DNA of 52,188 nt from a virus (taxonomy: Duplodnaviria > Caudoviricetes), in the IMG/VR virus record IMGVR_UViG_3300032216_001137, positions 1 to 52,188 of that record. One strand, given 5' to 3'. The notes under the pieces were generated by a model. The model was not told the DNA's origin, searched no databases, and saw nothing but the letters and a program-made list of their open reading frames with translations. The translations under genes and the position numbers were made by a program. How positions within the stretch are numbered: position 1 is the stretch's first letter; the number at the start of each line of letters is the position of its first letter. Below, one piece after another: positions 9,072-18,446 of this stretch.

Positions 9072-9645
9072 TAGTCCTCGAAATATTATTCACCGCATAC
9101 CATGACAATCCGGCAGCATCAGCGACATTATCGCTAGTAGTAATTATACCCTTATCAGACATAAACTGTAAAGTTTTATCTTTTCTCATTTCCCTTATCT
9201 TATTCTTATACCAAGTTTCAGATTTATCTGGGAAAGCAACCTTGACCGCCGCCTTCTCATCCTTAGTAAAATTCTTATTACCAAGATACGACTGCCATGT
9301 TATAGGATGAACCTCAACAACTTTAGTATGATCATCTAAAATTTCAGCAATAATAGCCCCAAAGACATAGGCCATTTTAATTCCTACATTTACAGACTTT
9401 ACAACCACCGCAGCCTCAATAGCAACATAATCTAAATCTTGAAACATTTTTGATTTCAAAGCACGAATTTTCTTTTTAGCATCATAAATTCTTTCATACA
9501 CATCTGCACCATTAAAAAATATTTCACCATAATAAACAGGATGTTTACCGTCAAAAAGGCAAAAAGCGATACTTTTAGTGCTGGCATCAATGCCAAGAAC
9601 TCTACTTCCCTTAACTTTACTTAATGCTACAAGTTTAGACGCCAC
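9064..9645 (-). CDS. RuvC-like Holliday junction resolvase
   Basis: VLGIDAST, VAIE, V.PITWQ..LG and DNVADA acidic motifs. Confidence 0.8.
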   Translation of the reverse strand: MASKLVALSKVKGSRVLGIDASTKSIAFCLFDGKHPVYYGEIFFNGADVYERIYDAKKKIRALKSKMFQDLDYVAIEAAVVVKSVNVGIKMAYVFGAIIAEILDDHTKVVEVHPITWQSYLGNKNFTKDEKAAVKVAFPDKSETWYKNKIREMRKDKTLQFMSDKGIITTSDNVADAAGLSWYAVNNISRTNG

Positions 9646-9934
9646 GGAACTTCTTTCTCAAAAGTTCTTGCTCGTTTGCTTTAATAGCAGATATACATTT
9701 GCCACAAATATCTTCCTCAGTATACCTGCTTAAAATAGTGCCGCACCTAGAAGTTTTACAAATTCTTTTCTTACCCTTAAGTCTTTGTTTAGTTTCAGAA
9801 TACTTACTTCTAATTCTCTTATTAGTAGCATCCTTACAACATTCAGGAGTACAATATTTTTGATTATGCCTTTGTGCTATAAAAGTTTTACTACAATCAT
9901 CATAAGCACATTTTAAAATTATATCATCGGTCAT
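9635..9934 (-). CDS. Cys-rich zinc-binding hypothetical protein
   Basis: CxxxxC...QKYCTPEC and CxxxxC...CxxC. Start set to ATG 9934. Confidence 0.65.
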   Translation of the reverse strand: MTDDIILKCAYDDCSKTFIAQRHNQKYCTPECCKDATNKRIRSKYSETKQRLKGKKRICKTSRCGTILSRYTEEDICGKCISAIKANEQELLRKKFRGV

Positions 9935-10709
9935 TTGGAGGAACATACTTTTCTATTCTAATCAATCCATCATCAAGTTTATTCCAACAAGTATCCTTAA
10001 CCGGACAATTCTTACACATAGGAGTACTCTTAGTTGAAACTTTCTCAGGAAGAGTCTCATTCTCATATGCTGAACGAACTTCACGCAACCAAGCAAACAA
10101 CTCTTCAATTATCTTAATGTTTCTTTCATTTACTTGAACCGGAATAAAACATAGTTCCTGATCATTCTTATTTTCATAAATAAAAACACCCTGAGCAACC
10201 TTAAGAATCTTCATATAAATCAAAAGTTGCAGTAAGTGATTAGATGAAGGCTTCATGCTTGCTTGTCTAATAGCATAAACTTCTTGCTTAGCAGTCTTAA
10301 TTTCTGCTACTACCGGCGTTCCTTCCCATTCCAAGACCGCATCGACAAAACCGCGAATGGGTGGATCATCATAAGTAACTTCAACTTCCACATTTTTTAA
10401 TCTACCAGTTCCGTGTAAAATTTTCTGAATTCTATCATGTGCAGCAGTACCATTTTCCATATTAGCAATACCTTGCGCAGTAAACGTATCATTAAACTCT
10501 GCACCAGTAAAAGCAATATACCAATATCTAGGACAATTACCATGCCCATAACCAACAGTACTTGGAGAAAAAGTTGTCTTCTTCTGCTCAGTATTATTTC
10601 TACGCTGTTTTAAATAACTTTGCTCAATCTCTTTAGCAAATTCATTATGATCAAAACCGCCCTCTAGTGGCTTCTGAAACTTTAAATTTCCAATAATATT
10701 CTTCGCCAC
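9924..10709 (-). CDS. Cas4-like PD-(D/E)xK exonuclease
   Basis: CPRY, GT.AH, GFVD, EIKT, QLLIY and C-terminal CxxCP...C (Fe-S ligands). Confidence 0.85.
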   Translation of the reverse strand: MAKNIIGNLKFQKPLEGGFDHNEFAKEIEQSYLKQRRNNTEQKKTTFSPSTVGYGHGNCPRYWYIAFTGAEFNDTFTAQGIANMENGTAAHDRIQKILHGTGRLKNVEVEVTYDDPPIRGFVDAVLEWEGTPVVAEIKTAKQEVYAIRQASMKPSSNHLLQLLIYMKILKVAQGVFIYENKNDQELCFIPVQVNERNIKIIEELFAWLREVRSAYENETLPEKVSTKSTPMCKNCPVKDTCWNKLDDGLIRIEKYVPPNDR

Positions 10710-11041
10710 TATGCCCCATATCTAGCAATATACTTCAAACTATCAACAACTTTGTCTATCGCCTCAGCCATAGATGCATAAGTATTCTTTTTCATAGATG
10801 CCTCTGGACCTTTCTCAAAGGTCATATAGTACCTTTTAAGCATCGCAAACTTGGCACTTAATGCCTGTAACCGAACAATTAATTCAGGGGCTTTACCTGC
10901 AGGAACATCCGGCCTTGCTATTAATTTTATCACAATCGCTAATGCTTCGTCAAGGTCAGGGTCTTTGATATACTTAGACAACTCATTAAACTCTGAAACT
11001 TCACTTATAGACTCAAAAATATTATTTTCCGTCATCGCCAC
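10709..11041 (-). CDS. Hypothetical helical protein
   Basis: ORF coupled to both neighbours in the recombination cluster. Confidence 0.65.
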   Translation of the reverse strand: MAMTENNIFESISEVSEFNELSKYIKDPDLDEALAIVIKLIARPDVPAGKAPELIVRLQALSAKFAMLKRYYMTFEKGPEASMKKNTYASMAEAIDKVVDSLKYIARYGA

Positions 11042-11327
11042 TCTTTATCAAATCCTCTAGATAAGACCATTCAATAATTGCTAGACGAGTCTTATCATTA
11101 CCTTCACCCAAAATAATCTTAAGGCATGGATACAAATCTCTTGAAACTTTAAAAGAATCCGTACAAATCTTAGCCCACACATCCTTATTAATCGTAAAAG
11201 AACGAGAAGCCTCTTTGTAGTCCACTAAAAATGGGAACATAATAGCATCTCCCTTTTGATATTTACCCCGCCCAGAATTCTTCTGAGCCTTGGCACCATC
11301 ACGTTTAATTTCAGATCTTTCAGACAT
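11022..11327 (-). CDS. PD-(D/E)xK nuclease, Holliday junction resolvase-like
   Basis: SE.....GA....NSGRG..KGD....FLVDYKE...SFTI....W.KI. Start set to ATG 11327. Confidence 0.7.
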   Translation of the reverse strand: MSERSEIKRDGAKAQKNSGRGKYQKGDAIMFPFLVDYKEASRSFTINKDVWAKICTDSFKVSRDLYPCLKIILGEGNDKTRLAIIEWSYLEDLIKSGDDGK

Positions 11328-11526
11328 TCTTACCATCAATTCTTACAGAACTTAAATGATTATTTGGACAAACCCAATGAATTACATAAGCCCTCTCATC
11401 AAAATACGCCTCTACAGAAGCACGATTACAATGCTGGCATGGATACCGTTTATCTAACTTTTCAAACGCCGACATGTCTGGAACTTCTTCTTTATTTTTA
11501 TTTAAGAAATCATCAAGACGACTCAT
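11320..11526 (-). CDS. Small zinc-ribbon protein
   Basis: CQHC...WVCPNNH. Confidence 0.65.
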   Translation of the reverse strand: MSRLDDFLNKNKEEVPDMSAFEKLDKRYPCQHCNRASVEAYFDERAYVIHWVCPNNHLSSVRIDGKNV

Positions 11527-12517
11527 AGATCCTCTTTTCTAATTCATCTACAATATCTGGATTATTCCTAAGATACTCTACAGCCTTGGCTCTCCCCTGA
11601 ATTCTTTCTTCTCCAATGGTATACCAAGAACCGCCCCTCTGAGTAATTCCCATCATCTCAGAAACATCTAACGCTTCTCCCACTCCGTCAACACCGACAA
11701 AACTTCCTTGGTAGTAAAAGTCATACTGCCCACTGAGATTAGGTGGTCCAAGTTTGTTGTAGTCAATAATCCAGTTGACTGGACGCCCAACCTTTTGTTC
11801 AATAATCTTGTCGCCAACTGATACTCCAGCCTTGATAGCGTTCGCTTCGGCTTCGGATGACCATAGTTTAATGACAGTACTGGAAAAGAATTTAACCGCC
11901 ATACCTCCGGTTGGGATATGTGATGCGTGCATACTCCCAAACTGGTTTCTCTGTTGAGAAATAAGAACGAGTAGCGTATTTTTATTTGCGTAATTGAGCA
12001 TCTTAACGGCATGAGTCATATCCTTTGCTTCAGCACCGATTTGTTTTGTATCTTGAAGATTTTTTAATTCTTCTCCATCTTTCTCAAAGTAGATGGCTGG
12101 GAGCAACGCGGAAATAGAATCAACAACAATGATATCTACCTCTGCCTCCATAAGTTGGACAGCAACATCGACCATATCATTAATTGTTTTAGCAGATGAG
12201 TAAATTAATTGTGATGAATCTACTCCAAGTTTGTCTGCCCAATCTGCCGAATAGGATGCCTCAGAATCAATCCAAGCACAGACCTTACCATCTTGCTGAG
12301 CCTTAGCAATCATTTGTAGACAAAAGGAAGACTTTCCAGCACTCTTATTGCCCCAAACCAGCACTTGACGACCAAAACCCAGACCGCCCTTAAGAGATAG
12401 ATTAAGTCCAATGCTTGGAGTTCTTTGCCTTTGAACATCAACATTCTGTGCCAGTTGAATTCTCTGACGTGTTTTTGGATCTAGCCTTGCTAAAATATCT
12501 TCCGCTACCTGCGTCAT
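11513..12517 (-). CDS. recA: RecA/UvsX-like recombinase
   Basis: Walker A GNKSAGKS, WIDSE, IVVDSIS, ISQQR, TGG.AVKF and GSWY..G...QG. Confidence 0.93.
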   Translation of the reverse strand: MTQVAEDILARLDPKTRQRIQLAQNVDVQRQRTPSIGLNLSLKGGLGFGRQVLVWGNKSAGKSSFCLQMIAKAQQDGKVCAWIDSEASYSADWADKLGVDSSQLIYSSAKTINDMVDVAVQLMEAEVDIIVVDSISALLPAIYFEKDGEELKNLQDTKQIGAEAKDMTHAVKMLNYANKNTLLVLISQQRNQFGSMHASHIPTGGMAVKFFSSTVIKLWSSEAEANAIKAGVSVGDKIIEQKVGRPVNWIIDYNKLGPPNLSGQYDFYYQGSFVGVDGVGEALDVSEMMGITQRGGSWYTIGEERIQGRAKAVEYLRNNPDIVDELEKRIYESS

Positions 12518-12524
12518 ATCACTC

Positions 12525-12854
12525 CTAAAATTTATTGCCGTGCAATGCTGGACGTTCCTTATTGATAGATGTTTTATTATTTAAAGCATCTTCAATCGAA
12601 TGCTCTTCCATGAAATAATTATCGTTCATTCCAGCAATTAAGTCCAGTGTTCTAATAAGGATATCTGCAAACTCAGCCATAACCTCATCCTCAGTCTTAC
12701 CCTTACGAATAGCCTCAAGAACTTCCGTAACCTCAGAATGAATAAGCGCAAGTTTCATACCAATAAACTCATTAGGAGAATCACTATAGTTATCCCAAAA
12801 ACCTTTCTTTACAGCAATATCATGCAAATCATACATTAGTTCATCAAGACTCAT
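12525..12854 (-). CDS. MazG-like NTP pyrophosphohydrolase
   Basis: KGFW...KLALIHSEVTEVLEAIRK...EFADILIR.LD...N..RP.LHG. Start set to ATG 12854. Confidence 0.8.
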   Translation of the reverse strand: MSLDELMYDLHDIAVKKGFWDNYSDSPNEFIGMKLALIHSEVTEVLEAIRKGKTEDEVMAEFADILIRTLDLIAGMNDNYFMEEHSIEDALNNKTSINKERPALHGNKF

Positions 12855-13026
12855 CTGGGTTCTCCACAAGTTCTAGAGTAATTTCATCATCAACATCCTG
12901 CTTAATCATTACGCTGTAGTTTGTATAATCATCAAGCAGCGTCTTCAACTTAATAGAAATTGGTCCTGCTGTCTTAAGAAGAGCAGCAACAATTCTGTCC
13001 AAATCAATTGGTAAATCTTCACTCAT
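12844..13026 (-). CDS. Hypothetical protein (60 aa)
   Basis: Overlaps the dnaE stop (ATGA) and the MazG-like start. Confidence 0.6.
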   Translation of the reverse strand: MSEDLPIDLDRIVAALLKTAGPISIKLKTLLDDYTNYSVMIKQDVDDEITLELVENPDES

Positions 13027-16000
13027 AATAAATCCTTTACAAAATTCGTTCCGTCATCCATCTTGCCAATAACTGGCTCACAAATTTTACCGGGCTTCAT
13101 TTTACCCAGAGCCTTTGTATAATTTTTAGGAAAGACGATTAATCGTTTTAACTTCTTATTTTCTTCTGTAAGAATAACATGCGCCATCATCTTATTCTGC
13201 TTAGTCCTATATGGAGTAAAATCTACAACTCCATACTCCCCATCTCCGACAGGAATAGACTCTGAATACAGATACTTGATGAACGGGTCATCCTTTTTAC
13301 TTACTACGTCATCAATACTAACATATCGATGAATTCTATTGTCTCCCACAAGGAAGAAATACATATTGTTTGATTCAATTTGACTATTTTCATTATGAAA
13401 AATGCCAATCGAACTAGTATCATCAACTAATTCTACGCGGGACCAGCCGTTACCTCTTTTAATCGATTTAACCATCGCAAAGAAAACGTAACAGCCACTC
13501 TCTTCAAACTCTTCCAGCGGATCAACTTGACTCCTAATCTCTGGACTAATGCCCTTAACATCAAACTTAGGAATATTTAAGTATTCATAAAGGTTCTCAG
13601 ATTCAATCCCAGAGGTAGGATTATCATGAAAAGCCGCACCACCGATCTTATTTAGAGCATCAATAGCCCTTGAGTTAACGCCACTTCCCTTTGTTTGAGA
13701 AAATGATAGTAACTCAGAGTAATCATTAAATGGTCTTGCATTAATAATCTTACTAGCAATACCATCAGAAATAAACTTAACATCAGAAAGACCAAATCTA
13801 ATAGAATTATTCTGAATACTAAATCCCATATCAGATTCATTTACATGTGGAAGAAGGATCTTAAGGCCAAGACGCTTAGCCTCTAAAAGATAGTCTGTCC
13901 TAGAATCCTTGTCACCTTCATTCTTTAACAGTGCGAACATGAACTCAAGCGGATAGTAATGCTTGAGCCATGCTGTCCAGTATGACAACATGGAATACGC
14001 CACGGCATGTGAGCGGTTAAACGAATATCCTGCGTGCGCCTCAAAGTCGTGCCATAATTGTTCAGCGGCGTCCTTGTCAATGTGATTCGTTGCCCCCACA
14101 ATGAATTGTTCCTTGAAAACATCGAACTCATGTGCATCCTTCTTCTTTCCAATAATCTTTCTGATTTTATCTGCATCTGACCAAGACATCCCTGCAAGAT
14201 GCACACATGTCTGCATAACTTGTTCCTGATAAATAATTACGCCATAAGTTCTTTCCAAGAATTCTCTCATCATAGGATGAACGTATTCAGTTACCTCAGA
14301 ACCATTCTTACGACCAATATACTTTGTTCCAACAGTATTCATAGCACCCGGTCGAACCAATGCATTAGAAGCGACAAGATCCTCAAAATTATCAACACCC
14401 ATCTTCATAAGAAGATTGGTATATGGAGTTGCTTCTGCCTGAAAAATACCCTTTGTATGCCCCAAGGTTAAATCAAGATACACCTTCTTATCATCCATAG
14501 GGATATCTGTTAGAATAATATCTTTATCATACCTATCTTTAACCATAGAAATAGTATTAGAAATTACAGATAGAGTCTTTAGCCCTAGAGCATCAATCTT
14601 AATCAATCCAATATCTGCCGCCTCATCCATATCATAAGCAATAACAGGGATTCTGCCACTTACAGAATCAGAAGGATCATTTCTAGTTTCAATTGGAGCA
14701 TACTTATTAATTGCTTCTTTAGCAACAACAATTCCTGCCGCGTGCATACCATTACCACGAATTCTACCACGCAAGTTTGTAGCCAACTCAAGCACCTCTG
14801 GGTACCTGTTTCTAAATTCTAGGGTATTAGGAGAAGACTCGTATTCTTCAAAACGCTCCACGCTCTTCATAGCCTTATTCACTTCATGAAGAGGAATACC
14901 AAAGACTCGCGCAGCATCACGAATAACGCCCTTATCCTTAAAGAACTGGTATGTAGAAATAGATGCAACATGCTTAAATTTCTTACGAAGATATTCTTTT
15001 ACTTCACCACGCCTAGAATCCTCAAAGTCTGTATCAATATCAGGGAAGTCATTTCTTTCCTCGTTGATAAACCTAAAGAACAATAGGTCGTGCTTAATTG
15101 GATCTACCTCTGTAATACCAAGAAGGTAACAGACCAAGGAGCCTGCAGCAGATCCACGACCCGGCCCAACCAGAATTCCCTGAGACTTAGCCCATGTAAT
15201 CATATCTTCAACAACTAAGAAATAAGCAGAAAAGTCCTTCTTCTTAATTACTGATAGTTCTACGTCAAGCCTATCATTATAGATACTATCATCAATGATG
15301 CCCCGCCTTGCTAAACCTTCAACGCACTTCTCTCGCAACTTATCGTGAGCATTACGCTTAGGAACTGGAAGAAGATTCTTTCCAACAACATAATCGTAAT
15401 CTCCGATAGAATCCGCAACGGCAACAGTATTCTCATAAATATCATCACGATGAATACCCTGTGCTTCTAACTGATCTTTAATCTGTAACTTAGATTGGAT
15501 ATAAACATCAATATCCTTAAAACTAATTGGACGATCTGGATAAAGATAATCTAACCGCTCAAAAATATCGATCATCTTCCTAGACTTCTCAAAGTCTGCG
15601 CTGCGATCCATGTTTGGCTTAGTAGAAAGGATAAGCAATGCTTCTTCGACTGCCCTCTGATTTTCAGTAGCAAAGTGACAGTCTGAAGTAACGATGGAAC
15701 CAACACTATGAGCATCTGCAAGTTCTAAAAGTTTATGATTAAGTTTTGCAGGATTATGAGGCTGAATTTCCATAAAGAAATCATTATCAAATCTGTTCTT
15801 AAACCATCTTGTTAACGATACTGCTCGTTCTTCATTTTCCTTTTCGATAGCCTTAGAAATAAGCCCATTCATACAACCAGAAAGAACTATAAGTCCATTT
15901 CCATAATCACTTAAAACCTCAAGATCAATTCTAGGCTTACGATAAAAACCTTCAGTCCAAGCAATCTCTGATAGACTTTGAAGATTCTTAAGACCCTCCT

Positions 16001-16298
16001 GATTTTTAGCAAGGAGGATAATATGATTAAAGTACTGCGTATTATCATCACGCTTCTTCATATCTCTTTTATCAAATCTGTCTGTCTCAGAGATATAAGC
16101 CTCAACTCCAAGAATCGGCTTCATGCCCAATTCCTTAGCCGTCCTCTGCATATCACGATGACCGGATAGTGTTCCATGATCTGTAATAGAAATTGCTGTC
16201 TGCCCAAGATCCTTGGCAGCAGAAAGCAATTCATGCGGAGAACAAAGTCCATCCATCAGAGAATACTGAGAGTGACAATGAAGGTGAGTAAAATCCAT
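13023..16298 (-). CDS. dnaE: DNA polymerase III alpha subunit
   Basis: PHP motifs HLHCHSQYS and TDHG; GPGRGSAAGSLV, PDIDTDF, HAAG, KIDALGL, YQEQ and GYSFNRSH. Start ATG 16298 with AAGGA SD; no intein. Confidence 0.95.
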   Translation of the reverse strand: MDFTHLHCHSQYSLMDGLCSPHELLSAAKDLGQTAISITDHGTLSGHRDMQRTAKELGMKPILGVEAYISETDRFDKRDMKKRDDNTQYFNHIILLAKNQEGLKNLQSLSEIAWTEGFYRKPRIDLEVLSDYGNGLIVLSGCMNGLISKAIEKENEERAVSLTRWFKNRFDNDFFMEIQPHNPAKLNHKLLELADAHSVGSIVTSDCHFATENQRAVEEALLILSTKPNMDRSADFEKSRKMIDIFERLDYLYPDRPISFKDIDVYIQSKLQIKDQLEAQGIHRDDIYENTVAVADSIGDYDYVVGKNLLPVPKRNAHDKLREKCVEGLARRGIIDDSIYNDRLDVELSVIKKKDFSAYFLVVEDMITWAKSQGILVGPGRGSAAGSLVCYLLGITEVDPIKHDLLFFRFINEERNDFPDIDTDFEDSRRGEVKEYLRKKFKHVASISTYQFFKDKGVIRDAARVFGIPLHEVNKAMKSVERFEEYESSPNTLEFRNRYPEVLELATNLRGRIRGNGMHAAGIVVAKEAINKYAPIETRNDPSDSVSGRIPVIAYDMDEAADIGLIKIDALGLKTLSVISNTISMVKDRYDKDIILTDIPMDDKKVYLDLTLGHTKGIFQAEATPYTNLLMKMGVDNFEDLVASNALVRPGAMNTVGTKYIGRKNGSEVTEYVHPMMREFLERTYGVIIYQEQVMQTCVHLAGMSWSDADKIRKIIGKKKDAHEFDVFKEQFIVGATNHIDKDAAEQLWHDFEAHAGYSFNRSHAVAYSMLSYWTAWLKHYYPLEFMFALLKNEGDKDSRTDYLLEAKRLGLKILLPHVNESDMGFSIQNNSIRFGLSDVKFISDGIASKIINARPFNDYSELLSFSQTKGSGVNSRAIDALNKIGGAAFHDNPTSGIESENLYEYLNIPKFDVKGISPEIRSQVDPLEEFEESGCYVFFAMVKSIKRGNGWSRVELVDDTSSIGIFHNENSQIESNNMYFFLVGDNRIHRYVSIDDVVSKKDDPFIKYLYSESIPVGDGEYGVVDFTPYRTKQNKMMAHVILTEENKKLKRLIVFPKNYTKALGKMKPGKICEPVIGKMDDGTNFVKDLL

Positions 16299-16316
16299 TA
16301 TTATCCTTAAACTTAG

Positions 16317-16343
16317 GAAGCGGAGGCGCAATGCCTCCGCTTC
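16317..16343 (-). terminator. Strong 11-bp hairpin between ssb and dnaE (weak terminator or RNA-stabilising stem)
   Basis: GAAGCGGAGGC-ATTGC-GCCTCCGCTTC perfect inverted repeat with only a poor U-tract. Confidence 0.6.
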
Positions 16344-16362
16344 ATGTTAGCACAGAGGCTAT

Positions 16363-17025
16363 TTACCATTCAGTTGATGAGAATGATGATGTTGTTTCAC
16401 CATCAGAAGAAGACCCAGTGTAGAAAGTTTCCTGCTCAGCGTAAGGAATATCACGCACAGCAATCTTCTCTAGATCAAGACACTCATAGCCTTCAAGACT
16501 CTTAGTTTCTGAGGTTGGTAGAGGAATGATACTATAACTTGTTTCTGTAGACTGACCAGTCCTCTTAAGACGCCAAATAACATCTGTAATGCTACCTGTC
16601 TCACCAGCATACTGAATTACTTCTGGTGTCGCAGACTTTGGACCAGATCCCTGAGAAAGAATTGCTACATATGGATCTTCCTTACCATCATCTACCAGTA
16701 CATTAATGTACAGACGACTCTTGCCCTTCCAACCAGCCTTAGCATCCTTACGATGCTGCTCACATCCATAGCATCGACCCTGATCTTCAATGCTACATAG
16801 AGCCTTGCGACGGTAATCAGATGGATTAGTATGCTCAACTGCAATGAAGCCAACTCCACATGCAGGATCATAATTCTTAGAATCAGGATCTAGTTCCTGA
16901 AGAAAACGAATTTTAACACTTTGATTATCAGCCAACTTAAGCCAGCGACCCTTTTGACCTTCATTATCGTAAGATGGACGATCCAGCGTACGATTCATAT
17001 CCTTTAGACCTTTAACAATACCCAT
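16363..17025 (-). CDS. Single-stranded DNA-binding protein (gp32-like)
   Basis: WLKL...SVKIRFL, H...C....C..C zinc motif, LKRTG..TETSY and a Ser-rich acidic tail ending in W. Confidence 0.75.
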   Translation of the reverse strand: MGIVKGLKDMNRTLDRPSYDNEGQKGRWLKLADNQSVKIRFLQELDPDSKNYDPACGVGFIAVEHTNPSDYRRKALCSIEDQGRCYGCEQHRKDAKAGWKGKSRLYINVLVDDGKEDPYVAILSQGSGPKSATPEVIQYAGETGSITDVIWRLKRTGQSTETSYSIIPLPTSETKSLEGYECLDLEKIAVRDIPYAEQETFYTGSSSDGETTSSFSSTEW

Positions 17026-17072
17026 TTTATATTCTCCTATTTGTATTGAGCCATAACTTGCTCTGTATTAAT

Positions 17073-17081
17073 ATTATATCA
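17073..17081 (-). promoter_or_regulatory. Extended -10 promoter for ssb
   Basis: TGATATAAT just after the primase stop; AGGAG SD downstream. Confidence 0.6.
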
Positions 17082-17085
17082 GTTA

Positions 17086-18123
17086 TTACAGATTCAGGGA
17101 AGAGTATTCTACGTTTGTTATAGCATTTTTTATACAATGCTGAATCTCTTCATCTGTTAAATCGCCAGCATCCTTTGCCTCATGTGGATACACTTCTGTA
17201 TCACTATACACTGCCCAAAGAATCTCTTTATTCTTCAGGGAATCAGCGATTGTATTTCCTAGATCCCGACCGGGACTATGACCATTACATGACTTAGGAT
17301 AACACTTCCTACAATTCTGCACAACGTAATCTTCCTTCCTATCATTATCAGTCATAATAATAATCTTTGAAAAATACCTATTCAGGTTTGCGATGTTTTC
17401 CTTTGAGATAAATCCCCCAAGGGTGGCAACGACGTTGGGAAATCCCGTAGCATGAATCCTGATTGCATCGAAACTTGATTCACATATAATGACTGTCCCA
17501 CCAAACTTCTTAGCACGATGCAAGTTGAACATCGTTTTAGACCTTGGTAAGTTTCGTGAGTTTTTAAACTTCTTCTCACTAATTCCTCTTCCAACTAAAC
17601 CAACAGGCATACCATCTGGACTATGAACAGGAACAATAATCATATCCTGTTTAGATGAATATCCTAAGCCAAAATGATCAATAGAATTACCGTCAATTCC
17701 TCGCCTTAAAAGATACTCATAAGCAGCATAATTACTTTCTTTCAATAGATCATCATGCATTTCTCTTAATTTCTCTACAGGAAATTGTACGAACTCTGGC
17801 TTATCTTCTAACAATGATGCTAACTCATCTTCAAAACTAACTTCAGTATCTGCCTTTAAAGACTGGATAAGCCTCAAAGCCTCAAAATCACTACGATGCG
17901 ATATTTCTTTAACTAACTCAACAATAGTTCCAGACACATCACATGAAGGATTAAAACATAGATATAATCCCTTTGTATGACTTACTGAAAATGATGGAGT
18001 ATTCTTGTTGCCATGAAAAGGACATAGACATAGAAAATCATTATAAGTCTCAGCACTTACTTGTATGCCAAGTTCTCGCAATATTTTTCTAACATGCGAT
18101 TGTGTATAAGTTTCAGTTAACAT
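17086..18123 (-). CDS. dnaG: DNA primase (CHC2 zinc finger plus TOPRIM)
   Basis: CPFH...PSF...CF...C, ICESSFDA, VATLG, TDND and KDAGD. Confidence 0.9.
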   Translation of the reverse strand: MLTETYTQSHVRKILRELGIQVSAETYNDFLCLCPFHGNKNTPSFSVSHTKGLYLCFNPSCDVSGTIVELVKEISHRSDFEALRLIQSLKADTEVSFEDELASLLEDKPEFVQFPVEKLREMHDDLLKESNYAAYEYLLRRGIDGNSIDHFGLGYSSKQDMIIVPVHSPDGMPVGLVGRGISEKKFKNSRNLPRSKTMFNLHRAKKFGGTVIICESSFDAIRIHATGFPNVVATLGGFISKENIANLNRYFSKIIIMTDNDRKEDYVVQNCRKCYPKSCNGHSPGRDLGNTIADSLKNKEILWAVYSDTEVYPHEAKDAGDLTDEEIQHCIKNAITNVEYSSLNL

Positions 18124-18133
18124 TTTTCCCTAT

Positions 18134-18415
18134 TTATTTAGAGCGCGGAACTAACCTTTGCCTTGAATAACCATCATACTCTTGAGACTTTTTTTTGCCA
18201 ACATAAATTCCATGAAGATACAAGCCGAAGTTATAATTATTTTTTTGCTGATTATAGGAAATATAGACAATTGGATCTAAATCAAGAACTGGAACATACC
18301 CAGAATCTCTCATGATTTCAATGATTAAGGCTTTATTTTGATCTTTAATTCTTGGAATGGCTGCATCATCTGCAATCACGCCGTCGAAGCCAAATTTTTT
18401 AATTTTTTTACGCAT
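18134..18415 (-). CDS. Hypothetical protein
   Basis: Clean ORF between helicase and primase, with its own promoter. Confidence 0.65.
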   Translation of the reverse strand: MRKKIKKFGFDGVIADDAAIPRIKDQNKALIIEIMRDSGYVPVLDLDPIVYISYNQQKNNYNFGLYLHGIYVGKKKSQEYDGYSRQRLVPRSK

Positions 18416-18437
18416 AAAGATCCAATCTAATAAGATA

Positions 18438-18446
18438 ATTATACCA
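18438..18446 (-). promoter_or_regulatory. Extended -10 promoter
   Basis: TGGTATAAT immediately after the helicase stop. Confidence 0.55.

Noticed and set aside
9924-10709. Cas4-like gene as evidence of CRISPR-Cas
   Set aside because: No repeat-spacer array or other cas genes seen. Solo Cas4-like nucleases are common in phage recombination modules.
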